Positions 1-9,668 of a stretch of 64,000 bases of DNA are shown here, in pieces. Made by a program: the position numbers and the translations under genes. The DNA is from Infirmifilum sp. (lineage in GTDB: Archaea > Thermoproteota > Thermoprotei > Thermofilales > Thermofilaceae). The stretch lies in assembly GCA_041287245.1 (NCBI GenBank), contig JBEULP010000071.1, positions 1 to 64,000 on the forward strand, read 5' to 3'. The notes under the pieces were generated by a model, which saw nothing but the letters and a program-made list of their open reading frames with translations, ran no database searches and was not told the origin of the DNA. The first letter of the stretch is position 1. Each line of letters opens with the position of its first letter.

Positions 1-1301
1 GAGATGACTTTCTCTTCAAGCTTTGACAGCCACTCGTTATCCTCTGCTTCAATCGTAACGCGTATAACAGGCTCGGTGTTCGAAGCTCTTACAAGAACCC
101 ATCCCTTATCCGTGTCTACGCGTACACCATCTAGAGTTGTAACCCGATCGTATTCTTTGAGATACCTAGCCTTTAACAGATCCACGACTGCAAACTTCTT
201 TTCGTCAGGAACATCGAGTTTTATCTTCTTTGAAGGCGGCATTGGTACTCTGAGAGACGAAAGCGGTGAATCGAGTTTTTCAAGAGTCTCAAGCATGAAG
301 AGAAGTGAGACAATACCGTCGTCCAGGTTTATGCCCTTATAGGCCACGAAATGACCGCTACTTTCCACGCCTAGCTCGACACCCGCCCTCATAGCGTCAA
401 GGATCATAAAGATCCGCCCGACAGGTACTCGGACGACTTTTCCTCCCCGCTTAGCCACTTCCTTGTCAACTATACTTGAGCACTCTACGTTTGCGGCAAC
501 GTCGACCCTTCCAAGGGCGCGAATCATCACTACCGCTGCTTGTTCGGGGGTCAACGGCTCGCCTTTCTCGTCGAAAAATATAACCCGGTCTCCGTCTCCG
601 TCAAATGAGACGCCAACATCCGCTTTGAAAGCTTTAATCACGGGCAACATGTACCCCGTGTTTTCAGGGGTTGGTTCTGATCCGCGCGCTGGAAACCTAG
701 GATCAACGTCGCAATTAACAGTGTAAACCTCGTAGCCCAGGTCTCTCAGAAGTTCAGGGACGACCATCGCAGTTGACCCGTTTCCACAGTCTACTACAAC
801 TCTAAGTCCACCACTATGCTTTCCAATACCGTGGAGAAACTCGGAGTATTCTGGTAGGAGCTCGCGGACTATAATCTCCCCGTATGTCTCAATACCCGAC
901 CATGAAACTCCTTTCTCCGCTATTTCTCTTATTTTCTCAATGTCTCCAAGACAAATGGGATTGCCGCCGGGGCGGAAAAGCTTAATCCCATTCCACTGAG
1001 GAGGAAGGTGCGACGCAGTAACATATGCAACGTGGAGAGCAAGGTGTTTAGACGCATAGATAGCCATTCCTATGGGGCCAAAGCCAGCATCTAAGACTTT
1101 CGAGCCTGCTCCCGCAAGCCCACCGGCAAGCGCGCGAGACAGTATTGGGGAGCTAAACCTAGTGTCGTGGCAGAGGCAGTATTCACCTTTCTCAAAATTT
1201 GACAAGGCTCCTCCTATCAGAGCGGCGATTTCCGGGGTGAGATCCTTCCCGTAAACCCCTCTTATATCATAGGCCCGGAATATATTAGCAGGTAATGCCA
1301 C
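1..1301 (-). CDS. Phosphomannomutase/phosphoglucomutase (3' end runs off window)
   Basis: Not in the ORF track. Manual translation from GTG at 1301 gives MALPANIFRAYDIRG, with TASH (catalytic Ser loop), FDGDGDR (metal loop) and RASNTEP motifs. Confidence 0.93.
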   Translation of the reverse strand, partial: MALPANIFRAYDIRGVYGKDLTPEIAALIGGALSNFEKGEYCLCHDTRFSSPILSRALAGGLAGAGSKVLDAGFGPIGMAIYASKHLALHVAYVTASHLPPQWNGIKLFRPGGNPICLGDIEKIREIAEKGVSWSGIETYGEIIVRELLPEYSEFLHGIGKHSGGLRVVVDCGNGSTAMVVPELLRDLGYEVYTVNCDVDPRFPARGSEPTPENTGYMLPVIKAFKADVGVSFDGDGDRVIFFDEKGEPLTPEQAAVVMIRALGRVDVAANVECSSIVDKEVAKRGGKVVRVPVGRIFMILDAMRAGVELGVESSGHFVAYKGINLDDGIVSLLFMLETLEKLDSPLSSLRVPMPPSKKIKLDVPDEKKFAVVDLLKARYLKEYDRVTTLDGVRVDTDKGWVLVRASNTEPVIRVTIEAEDNEWLSKLEEKVI

Positions 1302-1405
1302 ATCCCTTCTATAGGCCTCCAACCTTAAAATTGTTATCTATCGCGCGAACAACGGAGTAGCAAAATACCTATATACTCTTCCGGATTATAAGAGAAAGAG
1401 TGCCT

Positions 1406-1804
1406 ATGAAGTACCGCCTAATGGATCTCCTAGCTTGCCCTTACGATAAACACTTCCCTCTAGAACTCTACGTTATCGAGACCGTGAAGTATGAGGGTAG
1501 GACGTTTACCTTCAAAAGTAAGCCTGCATGCGAGCTTTACTGCGCTTATAAAAATACGAATGTGGGCGATCTCGGGGGGCACGACCCCGGCTGTGACGAG
1601 TGCATAAAGTATGAGGTCAAGACAGGGGTGCTTTACTGCCCTGAGTGTGGCCGCTGGTGGCCAATTAAAGACGAGATACCGATAATTCTCCCAGACCATC
1701 TTCGAACAAAGGAACATGACTTGAAGTTCCTTGAGGGTGTGAAGGACAGGCTTCCTGAGAAGATAGTGAAGGAGGGAAAGCCCTGGAATTTGACAAGCCA
1801 CTAG
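1406..1804 (+). CDS. Trm112-family methyltransferase activator
   Basis: LMDLLACP...FPLEL at the N-terminus and [17 protein letters not shown] at the C-terminal Zn knuckle. ATG at 1406 preferred over GTG at 1400. Confidence 0.85.
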   Translation: MKYRLMDLLACPYDKHFPLELYVIETVKYEGRTFTFKSKPACELYCAYKNTNVGDLGGHDPGCDECIKYEVKTGVLYCPECGRWWPIKDEIPIILPDHLRTKEHDLKFLEGVKDRLPEKIVKEGKPWNLTSH

Positions 1805-3519
1805 TCATGGGTGAATATATAAAGGCCTGGCTTTTCTACCCTGACGAACCCTATTCTCACGAATTGTACCCTATCCTCCGCTTTGAGCTCACTTGTGGCT
1901 GGCTCGCCGTAGCCCTTGACGCCACGCACCGTATTGCCTTCAACTTTTAAAAGACTCCCTGGGTAGTTGTTTTCCTTTGGAACCCACTGTAATATAGGTA
2001 AATCCCGCTCCTTGGCGTAACCGACATCATTGTTAAGAAACTCTAGCCTCTTTCCATCCTCAACAACCCTGAAGTTTCCCAGCCCCATAAGCCTAACCTC
2101 GGGTTTACCCGAGAGGGCTTTATCTTCAATGAGAACAACAGGTAAAGTTAGTGTTATTTTTCTACGTCCTCTCTCGGGGTATGAGGGGTGAACTATAACT
2201 TCAGCCGTTATAGGGGGGTTTAGCCCTGAGAGCTCGACTTCTCTTACAGGCTCCGGTACAAACATGTACCTGTTGGATATGGGTTCTAAGTACTTCTTGT
2301 TAATGGCATGCACCTTCTCAACACTTATCGTCGCCGTTGATGGTTTTATGCCTACCTCGAAGACGAGATCCCAAATGGTTTGTGGAAGGATTCCTCGTCT
2401 TCTCAGAGCTATGAGGGTTCCAATTCTTATGTCATTCCAACCATCGTAGAGTCCCCTTTCAATACCCCTCCTAATAACTGACTTGCTTAGGATCATTCCT
2501 TCAAGGTTGAGCCTCCCAAAATGAATGCTTACCGGTGGTTTCCAGCCCATGTGCTTGTAGATGTACTCCTGCTTTAACGTGTTAACCGCGTGTTCCTCGC
2601 CTCTAAGAATATGGGTTATTCCTAGAAGGTGATCGTCTATAGCACAAGCGAAGTTGTAGGTGGGCCAAACGATGTATTTGTCCCCTACGAGAGGATGCGG
2701 GTTTTTACTCGTGTCGAGTATTCTAAACGCTATCCAGTCTCTAACACTGGGGTTCGGGTGTGCTGGGTCAGTCTTTATCCTGAGAACTGCCTCTTCCTCT
2801 CCATACTCTCCTGAAAGCATCTTGTCCCATCGCTCCAAGTGAGTCTCAGGAGGTAGTAGAGAACAAGGGTCCGGAGTACCGGCGTCACGGTATTTCTTTA
2901 TCTCCTCCTTTGGGTGAATGCAAACGTAAGCACCGCCTAGCTCGATGAGCCTCCTTGCATGCTCATAGTACACCTCCATCCTCAAGCTTTGAATGTATTC
3001 TTCATCCCACGTAATACCAAGCCATCGTAGATCCTCTCTAATGAGCTCGTAGGCCTCAGGCATGGGTCTCTTGGTCTTAGGGTCTGTATCCTCGAAGCGA
3101 AGGATGAATCTGCCTTTGTACATAACCTTCGCGTAGTAATAATTCAGTATAGCGGGACGCGCGCTCCCAAGGTGCAGTACAAAGTCAGGATTGGGGGCAA
3201 ATCGCGTCACAACAAACCCCCCAGCTTCATCCACGTACGGCAAAGGTGGCAGGCGTTTTTCCTCCTCCTTCTTCCTCTCCTTCGCAAGAGCCTCAGGCCA
3301 TATTTCATGAAGCATTCTCTCCTGCTCCTCTAGAGAGAGACTGTTAACCCTCGCTACAACTTCATTTACAATCGCTACTATGTCCCTCGCACGCCCCTTC
3401 AGCTCTGGCAACTCAGCGAAAACCTTGCTTAAAACAGCCTTGACATCTGCTTTACCATTGAACTTCACAGCATTGGCAAGGGCATACTTCAACGCAACCT
3501 TCTCAACATCAATCTCCAT
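1801..3519 (-). CDS. gltX: Glutamate--tRNA ligase (archaeal type)
   Basis: TRFAPNP, HLGS (HIGH-like), [28 protein letters not shown]. Confidence 0.96.
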   Translation of the reverse strand: MEIDVEKVALKYALANAVKFNGKADVKAVLSKVFAELPELKGRARDIVAIVNEVVARVNSLSLEEQERMLHEIWPEALAKERKKEEEKRLPPLPYVDEAGGFVVTRFAPNPDFVLHLGSARPAILNYYYAKVMYKGRFILRFEDTDPKTKRPMPEAYELIREDLRWLGITWDEEYIQSLRMEVYYEHARRLIELGGAYVCIHPKEEIKKYRDAGTPDPCSLLPPETHLERWDKMLSGEYGEEEAVLRIKTDPAHPNPSVRDWIAFRILDTSKNPHPLVGDKYIVWPTYNFACAIDDHLLGITHILRGEEHAVNTLKQEYIYKHMGWKPPVSIHFGRLNLEGMILSKSVIRRGIERGLYDGWNDIRIGTLIALRRRGILPQTIWDLVFEVGIKPSTATISVEKVHAINKKYLEPISNRYMFVPEPVREVELSGLNPPITAEVIVHPSYPERGRRKITLTLPVVLIEDKALSGKPEVRLMGLGNFRVVEDGKRLEFLNNDVGYAKERDLPILQWVPKENNYPGSLLKVEGNTVRGVKGYGEPATSELKAEDRVQFVRIGFVRVEKPGLYIFTHD

Positions 3520-3776
3520 CTCTCAAACCCATAGATAAGGCATCCTAGCTAAAATAAACCTTTGCAATCACGATCACAACAGCCTGATAAAAGTGTAGAG
3601 TCGCTGGGAGTCAAACCTCGGGACTGTATCAATAAAATAGATCGGAAGACGCACATCAATCGCCGGGTGCGGGTCAACACAGCCTTTCTTCCACCAAGTT
3701 TAAATACACTCCTACAACCAGTACCCAAAAAATTTAAAATAGCTAGCTTATAGTATATTCTGATTTAGTGGTTTGA

Positions 3777-3879
3777 GGGCCGGTCGTCTAGTGGGAGGAT
3801 GTCCGCTTGGCATGCGGGTGGAGGGTACCCGTTTTGGGTGCCCGCCAATTCCCGGGTTCAAATCCCGGCCGGTCCACCA
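3777..3879 (+). tRNA. tRNA-Ala(GGC) with ~28-nt intron in the variable loop; CCA encoded
   Basis: Acceptor GGGCCGG/CCGGTCC, anticodon arm TCCGC-TTGGCAT-GCGGG, T arm CCGGG-TTCAAAT-CCCGG, ends ACCA. 33 nt lie between anticodon and T stems where 5 are expected. Confidence 0.92.
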
Positions 3880-3965
3880 ATTCTCCGCTGCATTACTCAA
3901 GTAGAGAAAGTAGTCTTTGTTCCTGTAATCACCGCGCGCGTGTGCTGAAATTTCCTGAAGAAAGT

Positions 3966-4820
3966 TTACAGGAGAGTGAATAGCCCTTTCGGAGTTATTT
4001 CTACTTGAGCTTGTCTCAGCCGTAGATAGCCAAAAAGTATTAGCTTCCTGGCTAAGCCTCTAGCGTCAGGTGTGAACGTCGCGGCTGCGTCTAGCAGTGC
4101 ACGGTAGCTCATAATTCCCCCGCCTGCATCTATCTCTGTTAGAAGGCTTAGAGCGGTTTCCGCCTCATCTCCAAAGGCCAGCTTTAGGAGATCCTGAGGA
4201 GGGGTGTGGGAAAGCTGATTGAATTCTTTGGGTCTTTCCGCTTTAGCCTCAGCTTTATCGACATCCAGCATACTCTGTGCTAACGCTCGGAGCTGTAGCA
4301 CCCTTGGTAGGCTTAGTCGCCGTGCGTGAGAATAGCCTAGAACCCCCTTTACTCGAATCCTGTGCCAGGCAACTGGATGAGGGGGGTCTATAAGTATTAG
4401 CCTCTGCGCCCCATAGGAGCCTAAGGCATGTATGAGAGTAAACAGGTAAGACCCTTGTAGGGACTCGGCGTATATGCACATTTCCTTGTGGGGCAACGCG
4501 GCTAAAGTGGAGACTGCTGGAGCGAAGGGGAGCAGTTGAAAATGCTGGCATTGGGACGGCGATCCTGTGTAAGCGGCTATGCCTAGAATCCCCCACCACT
4601 CCTCCGGCTCGACGGCAGCCGCTTTTAAAATATTGTGAGGCCCTGGTGCCAGTCTTAGTAGCGTTGCAAGCCTCTCGGGTCTAAGATGTGAAATGTCGTG
4701 TGCCAGTGCTTTCGATAGAAGCCATTCAGGTGCAAGGGTTGGCGGGGGGCAGGGGCCTGCAGGCGTGATCGAGGGGATATTCTGCGGACAAGGCTCTCCG
4801 TAAACGACCTCTACGTCCAT
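3966..4820 (-). CDS. Hypothetical protein with C-terminal winged-helix-like domain
   Basis: 284-aa ORF directly downstream of 4828..5232; ends with KLILFGYLRLRQAQVEITPKG, a wHTH-like wing. Confidence 0.6.
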   Translation of the reverse strand: MDVEVVYGEPCPQNIPSITPAGPCPPPTLAPEWLLSKALAHDISHLRPERLATLLRLAPGPHNILKAAAVEPEEWWGILGIAAYTGSPSQCQHFQLLPFAPAVSTLAALPHKEMCIYAESLQGSYLFTLIHALGSYGAQRLILIDPPHPVAWHRIRVKGVLGYSHARRLSLPRVLQLRALAQSMLDVDKAEAKAERPKEFNQLSHTPPQDLLKLAFGDEAETALSLLTEIDAGGGIMSYRALLDAAATFTPDARGLARKLILFGYLRLRQAQVEITPKGLFTLL

Positions 4821-4827
4821 CGGGTGT

Positions 4828-5232
4828 TCACGCAGGTCGGAAGGTTTCGGGCGGGGGTGGGGATTGCTGCGCTATTCCTGGCAGAGGGAGTAAAGGCGGG
4901 AATCCGAGCTCTTTTAATAGAAGCGTAACTTCGAAGAAGATCGCGGATGTCAGTGTTTGTAGGATTTGAGGTTCGGGAGCCCCCTTTTTGAGCTTGTCGC
5001 TAGCCTCGCCTATTTCCTTGGGTTCTCCTGTCAGCATAAATTTACCCTTGATTTTCACCGAGAAAACAGCTGGTATGCTCTCCACGCTGGCAACAAACTC
5101 GGCTGTTAGCTGGTTGTTGGTTAAGGAAATATTTAGTGGAAAGTTGATTTGCATGTTTACGTTTAATGGGGTTGGGGGAGGCTCTGCAAGCTTTTCAGCT
5201 TGAAGATATGTGAATATTATGGCTGTTTGCAC
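4828..5232 (-). CDS. Hypothetical protein, SecB-like fold candidate
   Basis: 134 aa; alternating beta-strand pattern, then helices, ending ELGFPPLLPLP as in SecB C-termini. Confidence 0.6.
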   Translation of the reverse strand: MQTAIIFTYLQAEKLAEPPPTPLNVNMQINFPLNISLTNNQLTAEFVASVESIPAVFSVKIKGKFMLTGEPKEIGEASDKLKKGAPEPQILQTLTSAIFFEVTLLLKELGFPPLLPLPGIAQQSPPPPETFRPA

Positions 5233-5267
5233 GAATACCTTTAATTATACCTTTCAACTTAAATATT

Positions 5268-7148
5268 GTGCCAAAAGCAATTATTAGCGGTAGTGCAGGT
5301 GTAAAGAGGCTTCTCCTTGGAAACGAGGCTATAGCTCGAGGCGCTTTAGAGGCAGGCATCTCTGCGGCAACTGCATACCCCGGAACGCCATCAACAGAGA
5401 TCATCGAGGCGCTCGTGGATGTGGCGGACGAGTATGGTGTTTATGTTGAGTGGAGCACTAATGAGAAGGTGGCCCTCGAGATAGGGATAGGGGCCTCTAT
5501 GATGGGTCTAAGAGCCCTTGTGGCTATGAAGCATGTCGGCTTGAATGTGGCTAGCGATCCTCTCATGAGCCTCGGTTATACGGGCGTTGTGGGGGGGCTC
5601 GTAATTGTGACAGCAGACGACCCAAACGCGCATAGCAGTCAGAACGAACAGGACAACAGGCTATATGGTGTTCACGCGAACATCCCTGTTTTCGAGCCGG
5701 CAACTGTCCAGGAGGCTAAGGATCTAACTAGGGAGCTTTACCACCTCTCCGAGAAGTTTCAACTCAGCATGTTGCTGAGGACGACGACTCGCCTATCACA
5801 TAGCAGATCCCCAGTTGTTTTTGGCGAGATAACCCGTCCCACGCGCGACGCTAGGTTTCATAGGAACCCTGAGAGGTGGGCCCTCCTACCGCCATACAAC
5901 CTCGTCAAACACAAGGAGGTTCTGGAGAAGATTGGTAAGCTGGATGAAGAGCTCTCGGGCTTTCCTTTCAACAGGGTCGAAGAGGGCGATGGAAGTTTAG
6001 CTATTGTTGTATCGGGTGTATCCTATAATTACGTTAAAGAGGCACTAGAAGAGCTCAACGTCAACCCTACTATTTATAAATTCTCGTCGGTCTACCCGCT
6101 TCCTAGGAAGCTAGCTAGCGATGTCTTATCCCATGAAAGGGTTCTGGTTGTTGAGGAATCAGAGCCTATAATGGAGTGGCAGTTAAAGATAATTGGATAT
6201 GAGGAGAGAGCCAAGGCTAAAATTCACGGAAAAGATGTCTTACCAAGAGTGGGCGAGCTTAACAAGGAGCTCGTTAAAGCTGGCATTTCAAAGATGCTAA
6301 ATATTTCATACGCGCCTCCCAAAGCAGCCTCAGGTAGCATTGAGCTTCCTCGTCGCCCACCCGTTCTCTGCCCTGGTTGTGGGCACCGCTCCACATACTA
6401 TGCCGTAAAGCTTGCTGCACAAAGATCTAGGGTAAACCCGATTTATGCAAATGATATTGGCTGTTACACCTTGGGTTTTTACCCGCCCTACCAGATGGCC
6501 GACTTCACGTGGAGCATGGGATCTGCTATTGGCATTGGTCTGGGAATAGCGCGGTTCAGTAAGGAGCCCGTAATAGCGTTCATCGGCGACTCGACGTTCT
6601 TCCATGCAGGGATACCTGGACTCATAAATGCTGTATACAACAGAACACCACTTCTCCTTGTCGTAATGGATAACGGGATAACCGCTATGACGGGGCACCA
6701 GCCACACCCTGGCTCGGGAGTTGGTCCTGAAGGTAGAGAAAGGCCGCGGCTTAAGATAGAAGATATTGTCAAGGCAGTAGGGGTAAGGTTCGTGAAGGTT
6801 GTTGACGCATACGACGTTGTAGCTGTAAGAGACTCTGTTCAAGAGGCGCTTAAGTTTATCAGAGAGACAGGAGAAGTAGCTGTAATCGTTTCTCGGAGAC
6901 CCTGCGCTCTGCTCGAGGCAAGGAATCGTAGGAGGAAGGGGGAAAGGCTTACGACCTTTACTATAATACAGGACAGGTGTATTAACTGCGGCATTTGCGT
7001 CGACAAGTTTGCCTGTCCGGCGATAATAAGAAGCAGTCCTGGCGAAAAGCCGAAGATTCTAGCAGAAATGTGTGTGGGTTGCGGCGTATGTGCGACAATA
7101 TGTCCAGCCAAGGCTATAAAGCCCGCTGAGGGGGGTGATGCTCAGTGA
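5268..7148 (+). CDS. iorA: Indolepyruvate:ferredoxin oxidoreductase alpha subunit
   Basis: LLGNEAIARG, YPGTPSTE, SQNEQD, LCPGCGHR, TPP motif GDSTF...DN, C-terminal ferredoxin Cys motifs. Confidence 0.96.
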   Translation: MPKAIISGSAGVKRLLLGNEAIARGALEAGISAATAYPGTPSTEIIEALVDVADEYGVYVEWSTNEKVALEIGIGASMMGLRALVAMKHVGLNVASDPLMSLGYTGVVGGLVIVTADDPNAHSSQNEQDNRLYGVHANIPVFEPATVQEAKDLTRELYHLSEKFQLSMLLRTTTRLSHSRSPVVFGEITRPTRDARFHRNPERWALLPPYNLVKHKEVLEKIGKLDEELSGFPFNRVEEGDGSLAIVVSGVSYNYVKEALEELNVNPTIYKFSSVYPLPRKLASDVLSHERVLVVEESEPIMEWQLKIIGYEERAKAKIHGKDVLPRVGELNKELVKAGISKMLNISYAPPKAASGSIELPRRPPVLCPGCGHRSTYYAVKLAAQRSRVNPIYANDIGCYTLGFYPPYQMADFTWSMGSAIGIGLGIARFSKEPVIAFIGDSTFFHAGIPGLINAVYNRTPLLLVVMDNGITAMTGHQPHPGSGVGPEGRERPRLKIEDIVKAVGVRFVKVVDAYDVVAVRDSVQEALKFIRETGEVAVIVSRRPCALLEARNRRRKGERLTTFTIIQDRCINCGICVDKFACPAIIRSSPGEKPKILAEMCVGCGVCATICPAKAIKPAEGGDAQ

Positions 7149-7741
7149 GGCGTAGGAGTATTGTTGTTGCAGGCGTGGGTGGCCAGGGACAGGTAACAAT
7201 TGGAAGCATACTAGGCGAGGCGTTAAGCGAGAAGGGGTATAACGTAAGCATAGGTGAGGTTCACGGGCTCTCTCAGAGAGGGGGATCAGTAGTAGTTTTC
7301 ATAAAGTATGGTGAAGGTACCGTTTCGCCCATAGTCACGCAGGGAGAGGCTGATCTTATCATTGGACTAGAGTTAATCGAGACTGTAAGGCGTCTTCCAC
7401 TGGGCCGGAAAGAAACGCTAACGGTGGTTAACGACTTCGTCCTGCCCCCACCCTCAGCGGAAAAAATACCTTCACGTGAAGAATTAATCCACTCTCTCAA
7501 AAGCAACTGTAGCGCAGCTTATCTTCTAGACGCACAGCGACTAGCTCTTAAGGCCGGTTCAGAACTAACAGTCAACATGGTAATGGTTGGGGCGGCACTA
7601 GCTACTCAACTGCTTGATTTGGAGCCAGGAGATATTAGAGAGGCTCTTGCCAGAAGGTTTAAGGGAGATGTGTTAAGGGCTAATATAGAGGCTCTCAGGC
7701 TAGGTTATGAAGAAGTTAAAAAGCAAAGGCAGGAGTCCTAG
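7145..7741 (+). CDS. iorB: Indolepyruvate:ferredoxin oxidoreductase beta subunit
   Basis: AGVGGQG and EVHGLSQRGGSV; 4-bp overlap with iorA. Confidence 0.94.
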   Translation: MRRRSIVVAGVGGQGQVTIGSILGEALSEKGYNVSIGEVHGLSQRGGSVVVFIKYGEGTVSPIVTQGEADLIIGLELIETVRRLPLGRKETLTVVNDFVLPPPSAEKIPSREELIHSLKSNCSAAYLLDAQRLALKAGSELTVNMVMVGAALATQLLDLEPGDIREALARRFKGDVLRANIEALRLGYEEVKKQRQES

Positions 7742-8848
7742 GTAAAAAGTAGGATTTTTTCTAAAAATCTCTATGCCAAGACCATAGAGGATTTTTGTCT
7801 GCATATCCATGTCTCCGTTGGTCGAAATGAATTCTTCCCCGTTTACTCTTTTAAGCACTAAGAACAACTCGTCTAGTTTTTCATCGTCCATCACATTCAG
7901 AAGCTTACGCAGAAGTAGTTGCCTCTGTATTTCCTTTCCGATCGTCATTCGAACTTTGGATTCATATAGAGGTGGCGCTTCTTGTTTTAACGCTTCAGCT
8001 AAGAAACGAGACGCCAGAGAGTGGTATACGAGTCCTCCCCCAGTCGTCGGCTTCGTTTGTCCTGCAGAGTCTCCAACTAGTAGCACATTGCCACTTATCT
8101 GTTGCCTTAGACCCCCCGTGTAAACCACTCCTCCTAAAACCTTCATCCTAGAAATAGGCTTAACCCTCCCCTTAGTTAAATAATCGAGCCGGCGCAAGAG
8201 GTATTCAAGTCTCCTGAGTGTATTACCTTTTGAGGCTACACCTATCCTACAAACGTTGTCTCCTATTGGAACCGCCCAAGCAAAAAGACCTCGAGAGAAT
8301 TTTGAACCTAGGAACACATGAACATGGTCTACATCCTCTAAGTGCGCCTTAATATCATATTGAAGAGCAGGCAGCATCCATTCCCTAGATGCTGGATTCC
8401 TAGAGAGTAGCCCTCTAATCCCTGTAGCGTCGATTATGTATCTAGGCTCCAATACAGCTTCTCCAACTTTAGCCTTTGTACCTAAGATCTCACCTTTTGT
8501 ATTTAGTAATATTTTAGCTCCATGTGAGATGACATCCTCTAGAAAATGCTCGTATAAAGGCCTATTTATAACTGCAGCAACTCTTTCCTTCTTTTCAACC
8601 GTTAGAGTTATTCCCCCCGGCGAGTATAAATGTGCTCCTCTGAAGTAGTTTAAAGCCATACGCGAGGGAGGAACCCTGAGGGCTTCCCGAATCCCTTCAA
8701 GGCTGACAAGCCCTGTGCAGTGTTCAGGCAACCCTATGGTTTTGTGCTCCTCAACCACCACAACTTCAAGATCGGTATTTTCGATAATAGCCCTAGCTGA
8801 CTGTAATCCAGCGGAGCCCGAGCCGATGATGAGAACATCTTCCTTCAT
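7700..8848 (-). CDS. Geranylgeranyl reductase-family FAD oxidoreductase
   Basis: From ATG 8848: DVLIIGSGSAG, HCTGLVS, FAWAVP, VGDSAGQTKPTTGGG. Confidence 0.85.
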   Translation of the reverse strand: MKEDVLIIGSGSAGLQSARAIIENTDLEVVVVEEHKTIGLPEHCTGLVSLEGIREALRVPPSRMALNYFRGAHLYSPGGITLTVEKKERVAAVINRPLYEHFLEDVISHGAKILLNTKGEILGTKAKVGEAVLEPRYIIDATGIRGLLSRNPASREWMLPALQYDIKAHLEDVDHVHVFLGSKFSRGLFAWAVPIGDNVCRIGVASKGNTLRRLEYLLRRLDYLTKGRVKPISRMKVLGGVVYTGGLRQQISGNVLLVGDSAGQTKPTTGGGLVYHSLASRFLAEALKQEAPPLYESKVRMTIGKEIQRQLLLRKLLNVMDDEKLDELFLVLKRVNGEEFISTNGDMDMQTKILYGLGIEIFRKNPTFYLGLLPLLFNFFIT

Positions 8849-8861
8849 CGCGTCAGCCAGG

Positions 8862-9515
8862 CTAGTAGAATTCTCGGGTGAGAAGTTTAAGATCCCGTAA
8901 AAGCTGCTTCCCAATATCGATTATCATTCTTTCCCGCCTCTCACTCTCAAGGTTAAGTCGTTTGACAAATGCCTCTCCCTCGGAATCTATCTTCGAAGCT
9001 AAAACTTTAAGCAGTTCTAGAGGCGTCTTATCGTTATAGGTCTTTTTTAGAGCCTCTAGCTCCGATATCATCTCAGCACCTTTTCTCAAAACAAAGTCAT
9101 TGGTTAGTATCCAGCTGTTGGCGAATGTCGAGAAGACCTTCCTAGCCTCGGAAACACCTTGATCCGAGAGCCTAACAGTATTCACATACCTCCCTCCTCT
9201 AAACTCTTTTCTTTCCTCCACCAACCCCTTCTCCTTTAGTGAAAGAACAGCCTTCTCGACATCGGAGGAGAGGGGAATAAAAAGGGTGGGAGATGCTTTA
9301 ACTCTGACATAAGGGTATAGGAAGAAGCACAAATGGAGTATCTCCTCGCCATAAAAAGGAGCTCTACCGTCTAGGTATAGAAGCAGGAGTACAAAGTCTT
9401 CTGTAACAGGAGTATATACTGGCACCAAGCCAAGCTGTTGAGCTAACTCTACTCGCCAATTAGAGAAATCATATCCTCCACCAGGTGTTTCTTTTAATTC
9501 CCGCGACGATATCAT
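8862..9515 (-). CDS. Hypothetical winged-helix protein (YwgA/SocA-like)
   Basis: PLSSDVEKAVLSLKEKGLV...VRLSDQG wHTH pattern. Confidence 0.55.
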   Translation of the reverse strand: MISSRELKETPGGGYDFSNWRVELAQQLGLVPVYTPVTEDFVLLLLYLDGRAPFYGEEILHLCFFLYPYVRVKASPTLFIPLSSDVEKAVLSLKEKGLVEERKEFRGGRYVNTVRLSDQGVSEARKVFSTFANSWILTNDFVLRKGAEMISELEALKKTYNDKTPLELLKVLASKIDSEGEAFVKRLNLESERRERMIIDIGKQLLRDLKLLTREFY

Positions 9516-9668
9516 CAGTAGGGCGAACCCCCATGATACTAATAAATTTACTCATGCGTTAGCTACCGTTTTTACAGGAAAGCCAGATAATAATCTCGTT
9601 CTTCTAAAAACAGATAATATAAACCAGTAATACCGTATGGAGCCCTACATCGTTTCAAGGAAGAGGGG

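Noticed and set aside
4..1254. Short plus-strand ORFs in the track
   Set aside because: Antisense shadows of the minus-strand phosphohexomutase gene; the same applies to most small ORFs opposite long genes in this window.
3640..3686. Possible minus-strand C/D sRNA (GTGTTGA...GCGA...TTGATG...CCGA)
   Set aside because: Boxes are degenerate, the second guide is only about 7 nt, and no convincing target or terminal stem was found.
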